DNA of 64,000 nt from Octopus vulgaris (lineage: Eukaryota), in the NCBI GenBank assembly GCA_951406725.2, contig OX597840.1, positions 26,226,001 to 26,290,000 on the forward strand, read 5' to 3'. Below are positions 25,412 through 38,970 of this stretch, piece after piece. The translations under genes were made by a program, and so were the position numbers. The notes below the pieces were generated by a model. The model saw only the letters and a program-made list of their open reading frames with translations. It was not told where the DNA came from and ran no database searches. Within the stretch, counting starts at the first letter, position 1. The number at the start of each line of letters is the position of its first letter.

Positions 25412-28087
25412 AGGGCTATTAGACAAAAGAAACAGGCTTGGAAGGACTGGAAGAACGGTGGTAGCAGGGAAGTGTATCAGACTGCCAGAAGGGAAGCTAG
25501 GAGGCAGGTGTATTTAGCCAGAGAGGAAGCAGATAAGAAAAAATTTGCCAATGTTCTGCGCCGTGAGGATGAAAGACTTGAGGTATTTCGTGTTGCATGA
25601 GTGTGTGAGAGAGAATCGTGACATGGCAGGAGAGAAATGTGTTTGCAATGATGACGGTTCACTTGCGCTAAATGAAGATGCAAAGAGAGAGGTTTGGAGA
25701 CGCCAGTATGAAAGGATGCCGAATGAGGAAAATGAATGGGATAAAGAGAGTCTGCCGAATGTCGACCCAACAGAGGGACCAGCAATCCGAGTTGACAGTT
25801 CCTTAGTAGTTAAGGCAATTACAAGCATGAAAACAGGAAAAGCCCCAGGCCCATCAGGAATTACTGCAGAGATACTCAAAATATCTGGTAGTGTCGGCTA
25901 TAGCCTAGTCACCCGTATAGTTAACCGGGTGATACACAAAGGAGTCATACCCAATGACTGGTGTAGCAGCATAATAGTCAACTGCAACAAAGGTAAAGGT
26001 GATGCCCAGGATACAAATAACTACAGGGGTATCAAGCTGCTGGATCAGGTAATGAAGGTTACGGAGAGGGTTATAGCCCAACTAATTAGAGAGAGAGTTA
26101 GCTTAGATGATATGCAGTTTGGGTTCGTGCCAGGGAAAAGTACTACTGATGCTATATTCCTGGTAAGACAGCTGCAGGAGAAATACCTAGCCAAAGATAA
26201 GCCCCTGTACCTGGCTTTTGTTGACATGGAGAAAGCCTTCGACAGGGTCCCCCGATCCCTTATCTGGTGGTCAATGAGGAAACTAGGGATAGATGAATGG
26301 TTAGTGAGAGCTGTGCGAGCCATGTACAGAGACGCTGCTAGTAAGGTGAGGGTTGGCAACGAGTACAGTGAAGAATTCCGGGTAAAGGTTGGGGTCCACC
26401 AAGGTTCAGTCCTCAGTCCCCTCCTATTTATCATAGTCCTCCAGGCAATAACGGAGGAATTCAAGACAGGATGCCCCTGGGAGCTCCTCTATGCTGATGA
26501 CCTTGCTCTAATTGCTGAGTCACTATCAGAACTGGAGGAGAAGTTTCAGGTGTGGAAGCAAGGTTTAGAATCGAAGGGCCTTAGAATCAACCTAGCCAAA
26601 ACCAAAGTCCTAATAAGTAGGAAGATAAACCAATCACAAACGCCTTCAGGTAGATGGCCCTGCTCGATCTGTAAAAAAGGTGTAGGTAGAAACTCCATAA
26701 GGTGCACCAAGTGTAAGCTATGGACACATAAGAGGTGCACCAATGTCAAAGGAAGGCTAACTAGGAAAATAGTTTTTGTCTGTGGCAGATGCTCAGGAGC
26801 AATAAACACTGAAAATGTGCAGAGACCAACGTCTACCATGTTCCAGGGAGAAAAACTAGAAGTAGTTGATAGCTTCCGCTACCTAGGTGACCAAGTCAGT
26901 AGCGGGGGTGGGTGTGCTGAAAGTGTAACTGGTAGAGTAAAAATAGCCTGGGCGAAGTTTAGAGAGCTCTTACCCCTGCTGGTGACAAAAGGCCTCTCGC
27001 TCAGAGTAAAAGGCAGACTGTATGATGCATGTGTACGTACAGCCATGCTACATGGTAGTGAAACATGGCTGTGACTGCTGAGGATATGCGTAAGCTCGCT
27101 AGAAATGAAGCCAGTATGCTCCGATGGATGTGTAATGTCAGTGTTCATAATCGACAGAGTGTAAGTACCTTGAGAGAAAAGTTGGACCTAAGAAGCATCA
27201 GTTGTGGTGTGCAAGAGAGACGTTTGAGCTGGTATGGTCATGTGACGAGAATGGCTGAAGATAGTTGTGTGCAAAAGTGCCACACCCTAGCAGTTGAGGG
27301 AACCTGTGGAAGAGATAGACCCAGGAAAACCTGGGACGAGGTGGTGAAGCACGACCTTCGAACTTTAGGCCTCACCAAGGAAATGACTAGAGACCGAGAC
27401 CTATGGAAGTATGCTGTGCGTGAGAAGACCCGGCAAGACTAGTGAGACCATAACCCGTGGCCTCTACCTGGTATGTAGCCAGTCGACTTATACATACCTC
27501 TCCTTCTTGGGACACAAAACTCCGCTTGTGAAGACCCGTTGTGGCAAGTGAAAATCAAAAAATCAAAATCAAAACAAATCAAATATCAGAAAGCAGATCC
27601 AAAATCGAAGTCGATCAACATCAATGAAAATTGCGGCTGTGATACCAGTGCCGGTGACAAGTAAGCGAACCATCTGATCGTGGCCGTTGCCAGCGCCGCC
27701 CCGACTGGCCTCCGTGCCGGTGGCACATAAAAGCACCATCCGTTCATGGCCATTGCCAGCCACGACTGACCCCCGTGCCGGTGGCACGTAAAAGCTCCAT
27801 CCGTTTGTGGCCGTTGCCAGTCTCGCCTGGCCCCCGTGCCAGTGGCACGTAAAAAAAAGACATCCGTCCGTGACCGTTTTCCAGCTCCGTCTGGCACCTG
27901 TGCGGGTGGCACGTAAAAAGCACCCACTACACTCACGGAGTGGTTGGCGTTTGGAAGGGCATCCAGCCGTAGAAACACTGCCAGATCAGACTGGGCCTGA
28001 TGCAGCCTTCTGGCTTCCCAGACCCCAGTTGAACCGTCCAACCCATGCTAGCATGGAAAGCGGACGCTAAATGATGATGATGATGAT
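25412..28087 (+). mobile_element. 5'-truncated RTE-clade LINE, antisense within the U3 intron
   Basis: KAPGPSG, NYRGIKLL, KAFDRV, HQGSVLSP, YADD, HGSETW, RPRKTW; frameshifts at ~25597 and ~27068; 3' UTR with ~55-60-bp tandem repeats (27650-27930); (ATG)n tail. Confidence 0.93.
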
Positions 28088-28239
28088 ATCTATACGGTTA
28101 GCTCAACGTTAATATTTTGTTGAGCATAAAAGATGAATAAATGTCAGTAAATAATATTGATGTCTCACTAACAGCATCAAAATCCTTAGTGGGGAAATTT
28201 TAATGTAGGAAAAATTATTGGTTGATGTGGAGAATGAAA

Positions 28240-28415
28240 GCCAGATTCCTCCAAAGAGTTTGGCGCGTCCTGAAGAAGGCAATTTACTGTTGAAATGGCC
28301 GCCACGTTCACCTGAGCTGACACTTTGATATTTCTTTCTCAGGGAGGGCCTAGTCTATGTCTCCCCTCTTCCTGCAAGCCCAGAGGAAATTAAGCAAAGA
28401 ATTATTACCATACTG
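28240..28415 (+). mobile_element. Tc1-like transposase C-terminal remnant
   Basis: Translates as KWPPRSPELTL*YFFLREGLVYVSPLPASPEEIKQRI (WPPRSPDL motif). Confidence 0.7.
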
Positions 28416-29389
28416 GTCGTGAGAGGTGCGAAAAATAACAGCTAAATAGCTTATAAATCACAGTTGATTGTTTTCTTCTTTTGGTTGCATGACTGAACGA
28501 ATTCTCGTACGCAAAAGTTTCTGAAAATTCCCCCAAATAAAAATATGTGACGAGGGATTATATTAGGTGCTTAAAGCAGCACTCCACACACACACACAAA
28601 TTAAATAAATTAGAAAAACATATTAATTCTAACTTTTAATGATGCAAAAGAACCGCCAGAAATAAAGACTTCCTATTTTTCAAATAAAAGCCGATCCATT
28701 TCCTCTCGATACAGATATTTGCTTTTCGTTTCAGTATTTCAAGTGCACACTCGTATTTTTATACATTCCCCATTTCTTACTAATTACATCGTAATTTTCC
28801 CGCTTTTAACGAAATTGTCGAATTTACACGTTAGAAAGAAAGATAAATGTTATCTAAACAAGGGATTGATCCGACGTTTTTACAAATAATTTAGAAAATA
28901 ACCAAAAGTGCAATGAAATGTCTAAAAGAAAACGACAACACAATGAAAGTATTAAAATTACAGCCTTTCGTATAATTTCGTCTTAGTGAGATTTGTTTTC
29001 CTTTTAACCTTCTCAACACATGGAAACAAATAAATGTACATAATACGACACATATAGAATAGAAATGTTTAAATAAATACTTACATAGTAATAGATATGG
29101 AGAGAAAGAGTGAAGGAGGAAGACGTGAGAACTGGAGTCAGAGTGGACAAGGACAGCTTCAAGAGAATTTCTAGGTTTCTACAACAAACGTTAATTAATA
29201 TTTTTCACGTCCACATAATCGTAAATGCTGTATCTGTTTGTTTAGACAGTTAATTACCAATCATTTGTATATATTTGATTGGGTTTTCCTCTTAAATATC
29301 AGTCGTAAAGTGGAACTGATCAAACAATCAAGGTGCGTGAGAAACAAGAACAAGAAATACAATTAATTAGGAAGAGATTTGCCGATGAA

Positions 29390-29406
29390 CAACGGGAACT
29401 AACTCC
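29390..29406 (-). promoter_or_regulatory. U3 upstream motif, empty target site
   Basis: GGAGTTAGTTCCCGTTG followed by TTCATCGGCAAA, the same site type that is occupied in U6. Confidence 0.75.
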
Positions 29407-29410
29407 AGTC

Positions 29411-29997
29411 GGCAACGTTTCGGTTGTCGTAGCACAAGTTTCCGTCGATTTCCGTAAAAAACTTTAATTTTTTTACATAAGTAATGAGAGCGAAAGAGAC
29501 TAAGAGGAAGCGATTTTATGACGAGGAAGTTTCTCTTTGAAGTGCGCGTGTGTGTGTTTGATGGGGTGTGGGAGACAGACAGTATGTTATGTAAGTGAAG
29601 TGCTTCTGTTAGTGTGTGTGAATAGACAGAGAGAGTAATGTGTAAAAGAGAGAGATAACGATAACGTAATTACGATGAATCGGCTATACATACATACACA
29701 CACACACACATGCATGCATACATATACACATACACCGAGTAAAAAATCAGTTATCTCTCTCTTTCACACATTACTCTCTCTGTCTCTTCACACACACTAA
29801 CAGAAGCACTTCACTTACACAACATACTGTCTGTCTCCCACACCCCATCAAAACACACACACGCACTTCAAAGAGAAACTTCCTCGTCATAAAATCGCTT
29901 CCTCTTAGTCTCTTTCGCTCTCATTACTTATGTAAAAAAATAAAAGTTTTTTACGGAAATCGACGGAGACTTGTGCGACAACATGCGAAACATAGCC
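29411..29997. mobile_element. Fold-back/MITE-like element with ~245-bp inverted arms around a (CA)-rich spacer
   Basis: 29411-29659 is the reverse complement of 29750-29997. Confidence 0.85.
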
Positions 29998-30493
29998 CTC
30001 CGGTCTTTAAAGAATTGCGGCTCTACTTTAATAGATTTGGGATTTTGTGAAAGAGATTTCTTCAATATTCGGCTTCATCACTGTTATGGGTTGTTTCGTT
30101 CTAATGGGATAGACAACTCAATACGAAGCATAGTTATTCTTTTACGTGTTTATTTAGTTTTTCATCTTACACGAACTGGACTACATTCAGCGCAGCGACA
30201 CTGATATCACTTTAGACACAGCGTAGTAGTAATACTTATAAAATAGTGCCAAAAGCGGGGACGCATTCCACACACGCACGCCCACGCATAGATATGAATG
30301 TGTAACATCCCTTCTTCTTGAAAAAATAAAAGGGGTCTTTTGGCAGTGAAGACAAATATAGTAGTCTCCATTATTCTAATGGATTGTCAACGCGACGTGG
30401 CCATCCTGCAGCAGAAACCGTGAGATTATTCTGCCCCTGCTTTGTAATCGAGCAGAATTAGTTACTTATCTTTTCGTTTTTTTTCTTCTTTTC

Positions 30494-30782
30494 TTTTGAA
30501 AAAACTTTATCGTGAATAAAAAGAGAAAATATTTACATTTTTTTAATCAAAATATACCATTAGTTTCAATTGCCTAAAAAAAATTTAATAAGAAAATGAA
30601 AACCAAATTGATTAAAATTAAATTAATCATAGCAGTTTTTGAAAGTTCATGTATATATTTTTTTTTTTTTGGTTTTCATTTTCTTCTGAAATTTTTTTTA
30701 GGCAATTGAAACTAATGGTATATTTTGATAAAAAAATGTAAATATTTTCTCTTTTTATTCACGATAAAGTTTCTTTCAAAAA
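30494..30782. repeat. AT-rich inverted repeat (~115-bp arms) inside the Gypsy remnant
   Basis: 30494-30607 is the reverse complement of 30668-30782. Confidence 0.8.
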
Positions 30783-30821
30783 AAAACTTTATCATGAATA
30801 AAAAGAGAAAATATTTTTTCT

Positions 30822-31700
30822 TTAACGGTATCGAACCGGTGGCAGGATGTTCTTTCTACATCTGGTGGATCTTGTGCTTCGCACCGGTGTCTGAGGTGTG
30901 TTGTTGGGCTGCTGATGGGTGGTTGGTGCCCAATGGGATGATGATTCTGTGGGTGTTGTCACTGATGCAGCAGGTGTTGTACTCGTTGTCTGCTGATGGG
31001 TGGTTGTTACATTTATAATGTGGTGGACCTTTATGCTTTGTCCTTCCATCTCCTGTTTATCATGTGAGGATAGTCTGGAAAGAACATCCGCCAATATCAG
31101 GTCTTTTCCTGGCTTGTACCTGATATCATAGTCGTATGTTTGAAGCCTTAACAGTAATCTTTGCAGTCTGGCTGGTGCTTTCGTCAGGTTTTTCCTATGT
31201 ATTTGTTCTAGCGGGCGATGGTCTGTTTCAGTATTGAAATGTCTTCCATACAGGTATGTATGGAACTTTTCACATCCATATACTACTGCCAGGAGTTCCC
31301 TTTCAAATTTTGAGTACCTCGTCTCTGTGGGTGAGAGAGCTTTCGAGGCATATGCAATGGGCTTACCTTCCTGTATCAGTGCTGCACCAACTCCTCTCAT
31401 AGAAGCATCAACTTGGAGTGTTACTGGTTTGCGTCTGTCATAGTATTGCAGAGTTGTCTCCTTACTGATGAGCTTTTTGATTGCTTTGAAATCCTGTGTG
31501 TGTGAAGCACACCAATCAAACTCTACGTCATCTTTGTTTAGTTCTCGGAGATTTGCAGTGTGATCGGCCAGCTTGGGTATGAAGGCTCCCATGTAGTGAA
31601 TGAGTCCCAGGAAGCTCCTGAGTTCCACCTCGTCTTTAGGTTCTTTAATGTCTCTGATTGCTTCCACTTTAGCGGGGTCTGGTTTAACTCCCTCTGCAGA
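30822..31700 (-). pseudogene. Gypsy pol fragment (RT thumb and RNase H)
   Basis: LRSFLGL, VDAS..GVGAAL, AYASKAL, ERELLAVV, TDHRPL, ADVLSR. Confidence 0.9.
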
Positions 31701-32454
31701 GTATATTTATTCAAAAGAATTTGCACTCCTTTGTTTTTATCGCACACTTGCCTAAAAAAAATTTTCTGATTAATTATTTACCGCTGCCACCATGTTATGT
31801 GTAGTTTTGGGTTCTAATGGGAAAGACAACTCAATACGAAGCCATTGTTATTGTTTTACGTGTTTATTTACTTTTTATGATACACGAACTGGACTACATT
31901 CAGCGTAGTGATACATATATACTTTAGACATAGTTCGTACTGTTACTTACAAAATAGTGCCAAAAGTGGGGATGTATTCTACTTACCTATACCTGCGTAT
32001 ACACATAGATATGAATGTGTAACACTGTGGTTTAAAGTTTGATCATTCTTACCCATTTAGAAAACAATATTTGAAAGCTGTCATTTTGTTCATGTAAAAA
32101 AAAGGGGTGTGAAATGTCAAATTATTGTGATTTTGTACTTTTTACACAGAAATTCATACGATTCTGCAAATACGTGATATAAAAAAACTTTGTTCAACTA
32201 AAAACAAATTACTTTTAACTATGCACTGTCCATCACCATTTCCTCCACCACAACCATCATCTCTCTCTCTCTCTCTTTGTGCCTCAAATCTCACCATCAG
32301 AACATCACCACTCTGCTAAAATTATATTGCTAACTTCTCTATATCATCAACTTCAACTAACATTTTTTACCATGTAGTAAATATTATGTTCCCCCTATCA
32401 CATATCATGTACGCTTCTCTGTCCCTCTTTCCATCTTACTCTTTGCTTTAATAT

Positions 32455-32895
32455 ATGGGTGCTTGAAACTCTCAGAAGAGAATTGCTGGGACCAGTATTC
32501 TGTTTGGGATATGCTTTTGAAATGGAGAGAAAGCATGCCCTTATTTGGAAAAGAATTGTGACTGGAGATGAAAAATGGATTGCATGCTTAATGTTGTGCA
32601 AAACTGATCCTGGAGTTTGAAGAAATATCCCCCAAGCAACAAAAGATGAATATCCATGGCAACACACCTGTGCTTTGTGTTTGGTGGGATCATAAAGGCA
32701 TTAATATGACCTTCTCCCATAAAACCAGACCATTAATTCTGATGTGTTCTGTCATCAACTGGCTAATTTGAACCAAAATATATCAAAGAACTGCGGCTGG
32801 AGATTACCAACAGAAAAGCATTAGTCTTCCAACAAGACAATGCCCAACCATCGTCAAATAGAAAGGAGTCACCCTATCTCCCTCATATTCCTTAT
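32455..32895 (+). mobile_element. Mariner transposase remnant
   Basis: KRIVTGDEKWI, LCVWWDHKGI, NQTINSDVFCHQL, VFQQDNAQP motifs with stops and frameshifts. Confidence 0.85.
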
Positions 32896-34772
32896 AGTCT
32901 TCATTGTTATCATTTTTATGTCGTATGTTTTTTAAACCAATATTTTTTCACCAGATGCATTCTTAATTGAATTCTTTTCTTTTTGCTTTGCATCTTGTAC
33001 AGATTTAAGTCTTTAATTTTATAAATATATATTTATATAATCTTTCAGCTGTTTATCCATTATCCAAAAACAAAAGGTCCCGGTCACTAGTCATGGCCTC
33101 GGTGTCTAGTGAGGCAATGGATTGGGTTATTCCTGAAACCAAAACACTCTAAAGTGTAGCCTGTATTGTGTCTGCATCAAAAGATAGTCGCTCATCTGCT
33201 ATTCACTGAAAACTGAAGGAAATTGGAATACGGTAATTACTTAATACACTTTATGCACAATTTTATAGACACAGCACTCATAAAATAAATATTCGCTCAT
33301 ATTTTTCCAGTTTTCTCATTAACAGAAAAAAATTACATTTTAAAATTTACATGGGCACAATTTCTTATCCAAAACAAGAGAAGTGTATACTAAAAAAATT
33401 ACCTTATATGTAAAATATAGGGGTCACAATTTAATGTAACATGGCTCACTCTGAAAACCACATCAGTGGTAACTTGTAAGCCAAGGTGATGGGTCAGAGA
33501 GCCAATACACATTTCAATTTGTAGGTGTTGTAAAAAAACTTTGTTCAAGTAAAAAAAAAAATATTACTTTTCACTCTGTATTCACCAACACAACCACCAC
33601 CATCATCTGTCTCTCTCTACCTTTCTTTAACCTCTCCATCAGGACACCACCCACCTTCTAAAATTATATTCCTAACTCTCCTCTATATCACAACCTTCAA
33701 CTAAATATGTCCCCCATCACGTCATGCACGCTTCTCTCTCTTCCCGTCCCACTCATGGCCTTATCCTTTCTCTCTCCCACTTTCTCTCCTATCACATGAA
33801 AGTGTTACTGACGACCTAAGTAATGTAATGACAAGCAGAATTATTATAAGACCACCTTCCTTTACTTTTCCCTCCCTCTCACCCCACTACTCTAACTAAC
33901 ATAAATACACCAGTTGAACAAACAAGCTTGTGATTACATATATACACGTACATTATTTTTGTGGGAGGTTTGGATATTTTTTGCAAGGTAATTAGAAAAT
34001 CACATAAGGAGACTGGAGAAAAGTTTGATATTATTTATTCAGCATTACATGTGTTTCATTTCCTAATAGGAATCACAAACTTTTTGATGTGTAGAAAACA
34101 TGTAACATATATTTCCCATGAAAAATTCTTCAGACATACAATAGTTTATGTGAGTGTGTGTGTATCTGTCTGTGTATGTACCCTTGTATATTATGTGATG
34201 TTCGTAAAGGGCCATCATGACCGTCATACTTGTGCAGTTGTTCACTTCCAGTCCTCTGCGTCAAATAAGTCTCACCAGGAAAAATATTTCCTTGCTTGGA
34301 AACATGTGAGGATTGGTCACAAGAAAGGTACCCAGATGTAGAAAATCTCCATCAATGAATTCCATCTGATCCACAGAAGCATGAATAGGAGAATGTTAAA
34401 TGATGAGGATCATCATCATCGTGGTTCCTCTTCTGTATCAATGCATTTACATTTCAATAATTGATCCATTTTCATAGATTGATTTAGCACGAATAGCTTA
34501 GGTTACAGTTATATCCTTCATATTAATAGGACTGTGTACAAACAATTCACCATTTTGAAAGAATGATTCAGGTTTAACATCACAGTGATATGTTTTCCTT
34601 CCTCTGTCAATGCTCTTTTGATTCAATAATGGATGATTTCATGTCAAAGATTTACTATAGATGTCACATTCATATAGTTTCTATATTCTGTGGATATCTT
34701 TATGAGATACGTCCTTTGTCCTTCTGAGGAAATGTTATACAACAAATATCACTGTGTTATGGACCCCCTTCA

Positions 34773-34898
<126 letters not shown>

Positions 34899-36422
34899 CT
34901 ACCCTGTATGAATATGCTTGTGTTTGGTTAAGAAACTGTGTTGAGAGAAAGATTTACCACAGATTTCACAGTGATATGGTTTCTCGCCTGTATGGATACG
35001 TGTGTGTTTAGTTAAGTCACTACTTTGAGAGAATGATTTACCACAGATATCACAGTGATATGGTTTCTCGCCTGTATGAGCACGTTTGTGTTTAATTAAG
35101 TTACTTCCATCAGAGAATGATTTACCACAGATATCACAGGTATATGGTTTCTCCCCTGTATGAAGACGTTTGTGTTTAATTAAGGTACTTCCATCAGAGA
35201 AAGATTTACCACAGATATCACAGTGATATGGTTTCTCCCCAGTATGAATACGTGTGTGTTGAGTTAAGTGACTACTTTGAGAGAATGATTTACCACAGAT
35301 ATCACAGTGATATGGTTTCTCCCCTCCATGAACCCGTGTGTGAGTAGTTAAGTCAAATTCTTGATAGAATGATTTACCACAGATATCACAGTGGTATGGT
35401 TTCTCGCCTGTATGGATATGTTTGTGAATATCTAAGTTATGAGTACGAGAGAATGATTTACCACAGTGATATGGTTTCTCCCCAGTATGAATATGTCTGT
35501 GTTCAGTTAGGCTACGGCTTTCTGAGAATGATTTTCCACAGATATCACAGGAATATGGCTTCTCTCCTGTATGAACCCATTTGTGAGTAGTTAAGTGACC
35601 GCTATGATAGAATGATTTACCACAGATATTACAGTGATATGGTTTCTCCCCTGTATGAATACGTTTGTGTATAATTAAGTTCCTTCCATCAGAGAATGAT
35701 TTACCACAGATATCACAGTGATATGGTTTCTCCCCTGTATGAATACGTTTGTGTTTCGTTAAGCTACTTCCATCAGAGAATGATTTACCACAGATATCAC
35801 AGGAATATGGTTTCTCTCCTGTATGAACACGTTTGTGTTTAGTTAAGTTACTGCCAACAGAGAATGATTTACCACAGATATCACAGTGGTGTGGTTTCTC
35901 ACCTGTATGAATACATTTGTGGTTAGTTAAGCTACTGCTAACAGAGAATGATTTGCCACAGATATCACATTGATATGGTTTCTCACCTGTATGAACACGT
36001 TTGTGTACAGTTAAACTACTGCTTTCAGAGAATGATTTACCACAGATATCACAGGGATATGGTTTCTCTCCTGTATGAATACGTTTATGATTAGTTAAGC
36101 TACTGCCAACAGAGAATGATTTACCACAGATATTACAGGTATATGGTTTCTCACCTGTATGAATACGTTTATGTTTAGTTAAGCTACTGCCATCAGGAAA
36201 TGATTTACCACAGATATCACAGGGATATGGTTTCTCTCCTGTATGAATACGTATGTGTCGTGTTAAGTGACTGCTACTTAAGAATGATTTACCACAGATA
36301 CTACAGTGATATGGTGCTTCCTCTGTATGAATTTGTTTGTGTTGATTGAATTTACTTTCTTCTAAGAATGACCCTTTGCAGATGTCACAATCATATGATG
36401 ATTTTCCTAATTCTTCCGACAT
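34899..36422 (-). CDS. C2H2 zinc-finger protein U4, 507 aa, 18 fingers (finger 12 broken by a 9-bp in-frame deletion, YHCGKSF)
   Basis: Finger repeats; poly(A) signal at 34034-34039. Confidence 0.95.
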   Translation of the reverse strand: MSEELGKSSYDCDICKGSFLEESKFNQHKQIHTEEAPYHCSICGKSFLSSSHLTRHIRIHTGEKPYPCDICGKSFPDGSSLTKHKRIHTGEKPYTCNICGKSFSVGSSLTNHKRIHTGEKPYPCDICGKSFSESSSLTVHKRVHTGEKPYQCDICGKSFSVSSSLTNHKCIHTGEKPHHCDICGKSFSVGSNLTKHKRVHTGEKPYSCDICGKSFSDGSSLTKHKRIHTGEKPYHCDICGKSFSDGRNLIIHKRIHTGEKPYHCNICGKSFYHSGHLTTHKWVHTGEKPYSCDICGKSFSESRSLTEHRHIHTGEKPYHCGKSFSRTHNLDIHKHIHTGEKPYHCDICGKSFYQEFDLTTHTRVHGGEKPYHCDICGKSFSQSSHLTQHTRIHTGEKPYHCDICGKSFSDGSTLIKHKRLHTGEKPYTCDICGKSFSDGSNLIKHKRAHTGEKPYHCDICGKSFSQSSDLTKHTRIHTGEKPYHCEICGKSFSQHSFLTKHKHIHTG

Positions 36423-37820
36423 CTCTTCAAGAAAAATAAAATCGATCCTTCAAGTTGTACAGATCAACAACTTTTCAAAAATATTTCTCCTCTCACCAAA
36501 ATATATGGATATTTTGCTTCTTTTTGGTTTAATAGTCAATTCCAAACAAATATCACTTCTCTTATATTTCTTCTGAACATGATCAATGCCAATATTTAAA
36601 AATGTTGCAAATACTCTTTGGAAATCTATCAAAGTATATTTAAAAGAGAAAATTATCTTCTGCACATTTCAGACACAGAAGTAAAGAAATGCTTTCTCTC
36701 TCAGAGGAAATATTTTACTGTAATTCAGCAATGTTTTATAGAAGCAGGATTATACGTTTGTAGAATATCTTTGCAGAGTCTTTCAAACATGATACATATT
36801 GATGATTCCTTAAAAGCAAAAAATACTCTTTAGCCAATTTCATGTGATTTTCTGAAAGAATAGAAAAAATAATATAAGACATCAAGTATGTTTAAAAGGC
36901 AGATATTCAAAAGTGCAAAGTTACGACATTTCTGTTTTCATAAATTGTAGAAGTAATTCTTTATCTGAAGTATTATATTCATCCCATCTCTCTATTTTCA
37001 AGAGGTTTATATCACAGACACATCCATCGTAATAACACCTCCTGGACATTGCGTCTGTCCTAGACACACACACACACACCAATATACATGTCAATGACAG
37101 TAGATATCTGATGTTTTCCCCTCAGTGTTCTATTGTATCAACACAGGTTTGTTTTATAACATAGACATCACTCCTCCTCTGCCTCTTTCTGTATATGCAT
37201 AAATATACAAATATATATATGTGGTTAGCTTAATGTTAACCTTTTGTTGAGCATAAAAGATGCATAAAAGTCAGTAATTAATATTGATGTCTGACTTGCA
37301 GCATCAAAATCTTTTGTGGGGAATTTTTGATGTTAAGAAAAATTGATAAAATTGGTGACAATCCTTCTCCATGGGGCAAATGGAAGAGGCTTCAATGAAG
37401 TCTATCCTTATTTTACGGAAAAACTATAATTTCTTTTCATTGTTATGCACATAGTTTTAAAATTTAGCCATTCTTGTTTTTATCTTTTAATTATAAATTC
37501 TTACACATTATAATTAATGTTTCTCTTCCTTGTTGCTTCAAAACGAAATATAGTTTATCTGGATGAGTGAAAAATACATTCATAATAAATATATACGCAT
37601 TACGAAGAAAGAAAAGGATAACTTGCATAATTAATTGAAAATAACATTAAAAAAAGGGTGCAATTCTACTTTAAACATTATATAGTTCCTTAAAATTCTT
37701 TTCCCATTTTTCTGTGGAATTTTCGGAAAATTCTCCAAATTTGTGACCTACATTATGAAAAAAATTGCCACTGTAGAACTTTGCTTAAATCCCAACAATG
37801 TGTTTATGTGGAGAAGGATA

Positions 37821-37989
37821 TCTTTTCTACTCTAGGCACAAGGCCAGAAATTTTGGGAGAGGGGGCCCAGTGGATTAGATAGACCCCAGTACGCAACTGG
37901 TACTAAATTTATCGACCTCGAAAGGATGAAAGGCAAAGTCGACCTCGGCGGAATTTGAACTCACGTGCTAACGATTCTACCAGCTCGCC
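37821..37989 (-). mobile_element. tRNA-head SINE with Nin/Deu-like domain (intronic)
   Basis: A-box-like TGGTAGAATCG, B-box GTTCAAATTCC, core GCCTTTCATCCTTTCGAGGTCGATAAA. Confidence 0.8.
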
Positions 37990-38970
37990 GGTTTTATATG
38001 GAGAAAAATACTGAAAAACGTCAGCACATCAGAGTGACAAAGAAACTAGGGAGGTATCAGGTGGTCGTGAGATGTGCGAAAAATAACAGCTAAATAGCTC
38101 TTAAAGCACACAGTTTTTGCTTGTTTGTTGAATTCTCGTGTGTAGAATATTTGCAAAAATTTTCTGAAAATTCCGGAAAAAACAAAACAAACCCCAGATA
38201 TTAATTGTAAGTTGTAATGATGCAGAAGAACCGCCAGAAATAAAGACTTCCTATGTCTCAAATAAAAGCCATTTCCTCTCGATACGATATTTGCTTTTCG
38301 TTTCAGTATTTCAAGTGCACACTCGTATTTTTATACATTCCCCATTTCTTACTAATTACATCGTAATTTTCCCGCTTTTAACGAAATCGTCGAATTTACA
38401 CGTTAGAAAGAAAGATAAATGTTATCTAAACAAGGGATTGATCCGACGTTTTTACAAATAATTTAGAAAATAACCAAAAGTGCAATGAAATGTCTAAAAG
38501 AAAACGACAACACAATGAAAGTATTAAAATTACAGCCTTTCGTATAATTTCGTCTTAGTGAGATTTTTTTTCTTTTAACTTTCTCAACACATCGAAACAA
38601 ATAAATGTACATAATAGGACACATATATAATAGAAATGTTTAAATAAATACTTACATAGTAATAGATATGGAGAGAAAGAGTGAAGGGGGGAGACGTGAG
38701 AACTGGAGTCAGAGTGGACAAGGACAGCTTCAAGAGAATTTCTAGATTTCTACAACAAACGTTAATTAATAATTTTCAGGTCCACATAATCGTAAATGCT
38801 GTATCTGTTTGTTTAGACAGTTAATTACCAATCATTTGTATATATTTGATTGGGTTTTCCTCTTAAATATCAGTCGTAAAGTGGAACTGATCAAACAATC
38901 AAGGTGCGTGAGAAACAAGAGCAAGAAATACAATTAATTAGGAAGAGATTTGACAAGGGGAACTAACTCT

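Larger units (their letters stand above)
30082..32024 (-). mobile_element. Internally deleted Ty3/Gypsy LTR retrotransposon
   Basis: TG..CA LTRs at 30082-30307 and 31793-32024; PBS TGGTGGCAGCGGT (tRNA-Leu type) at 31780-31792; PPT AAGAAGAAGGGA at 30308-30319; RT-thumb/RNase H fragment. Confidence 0.88.
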
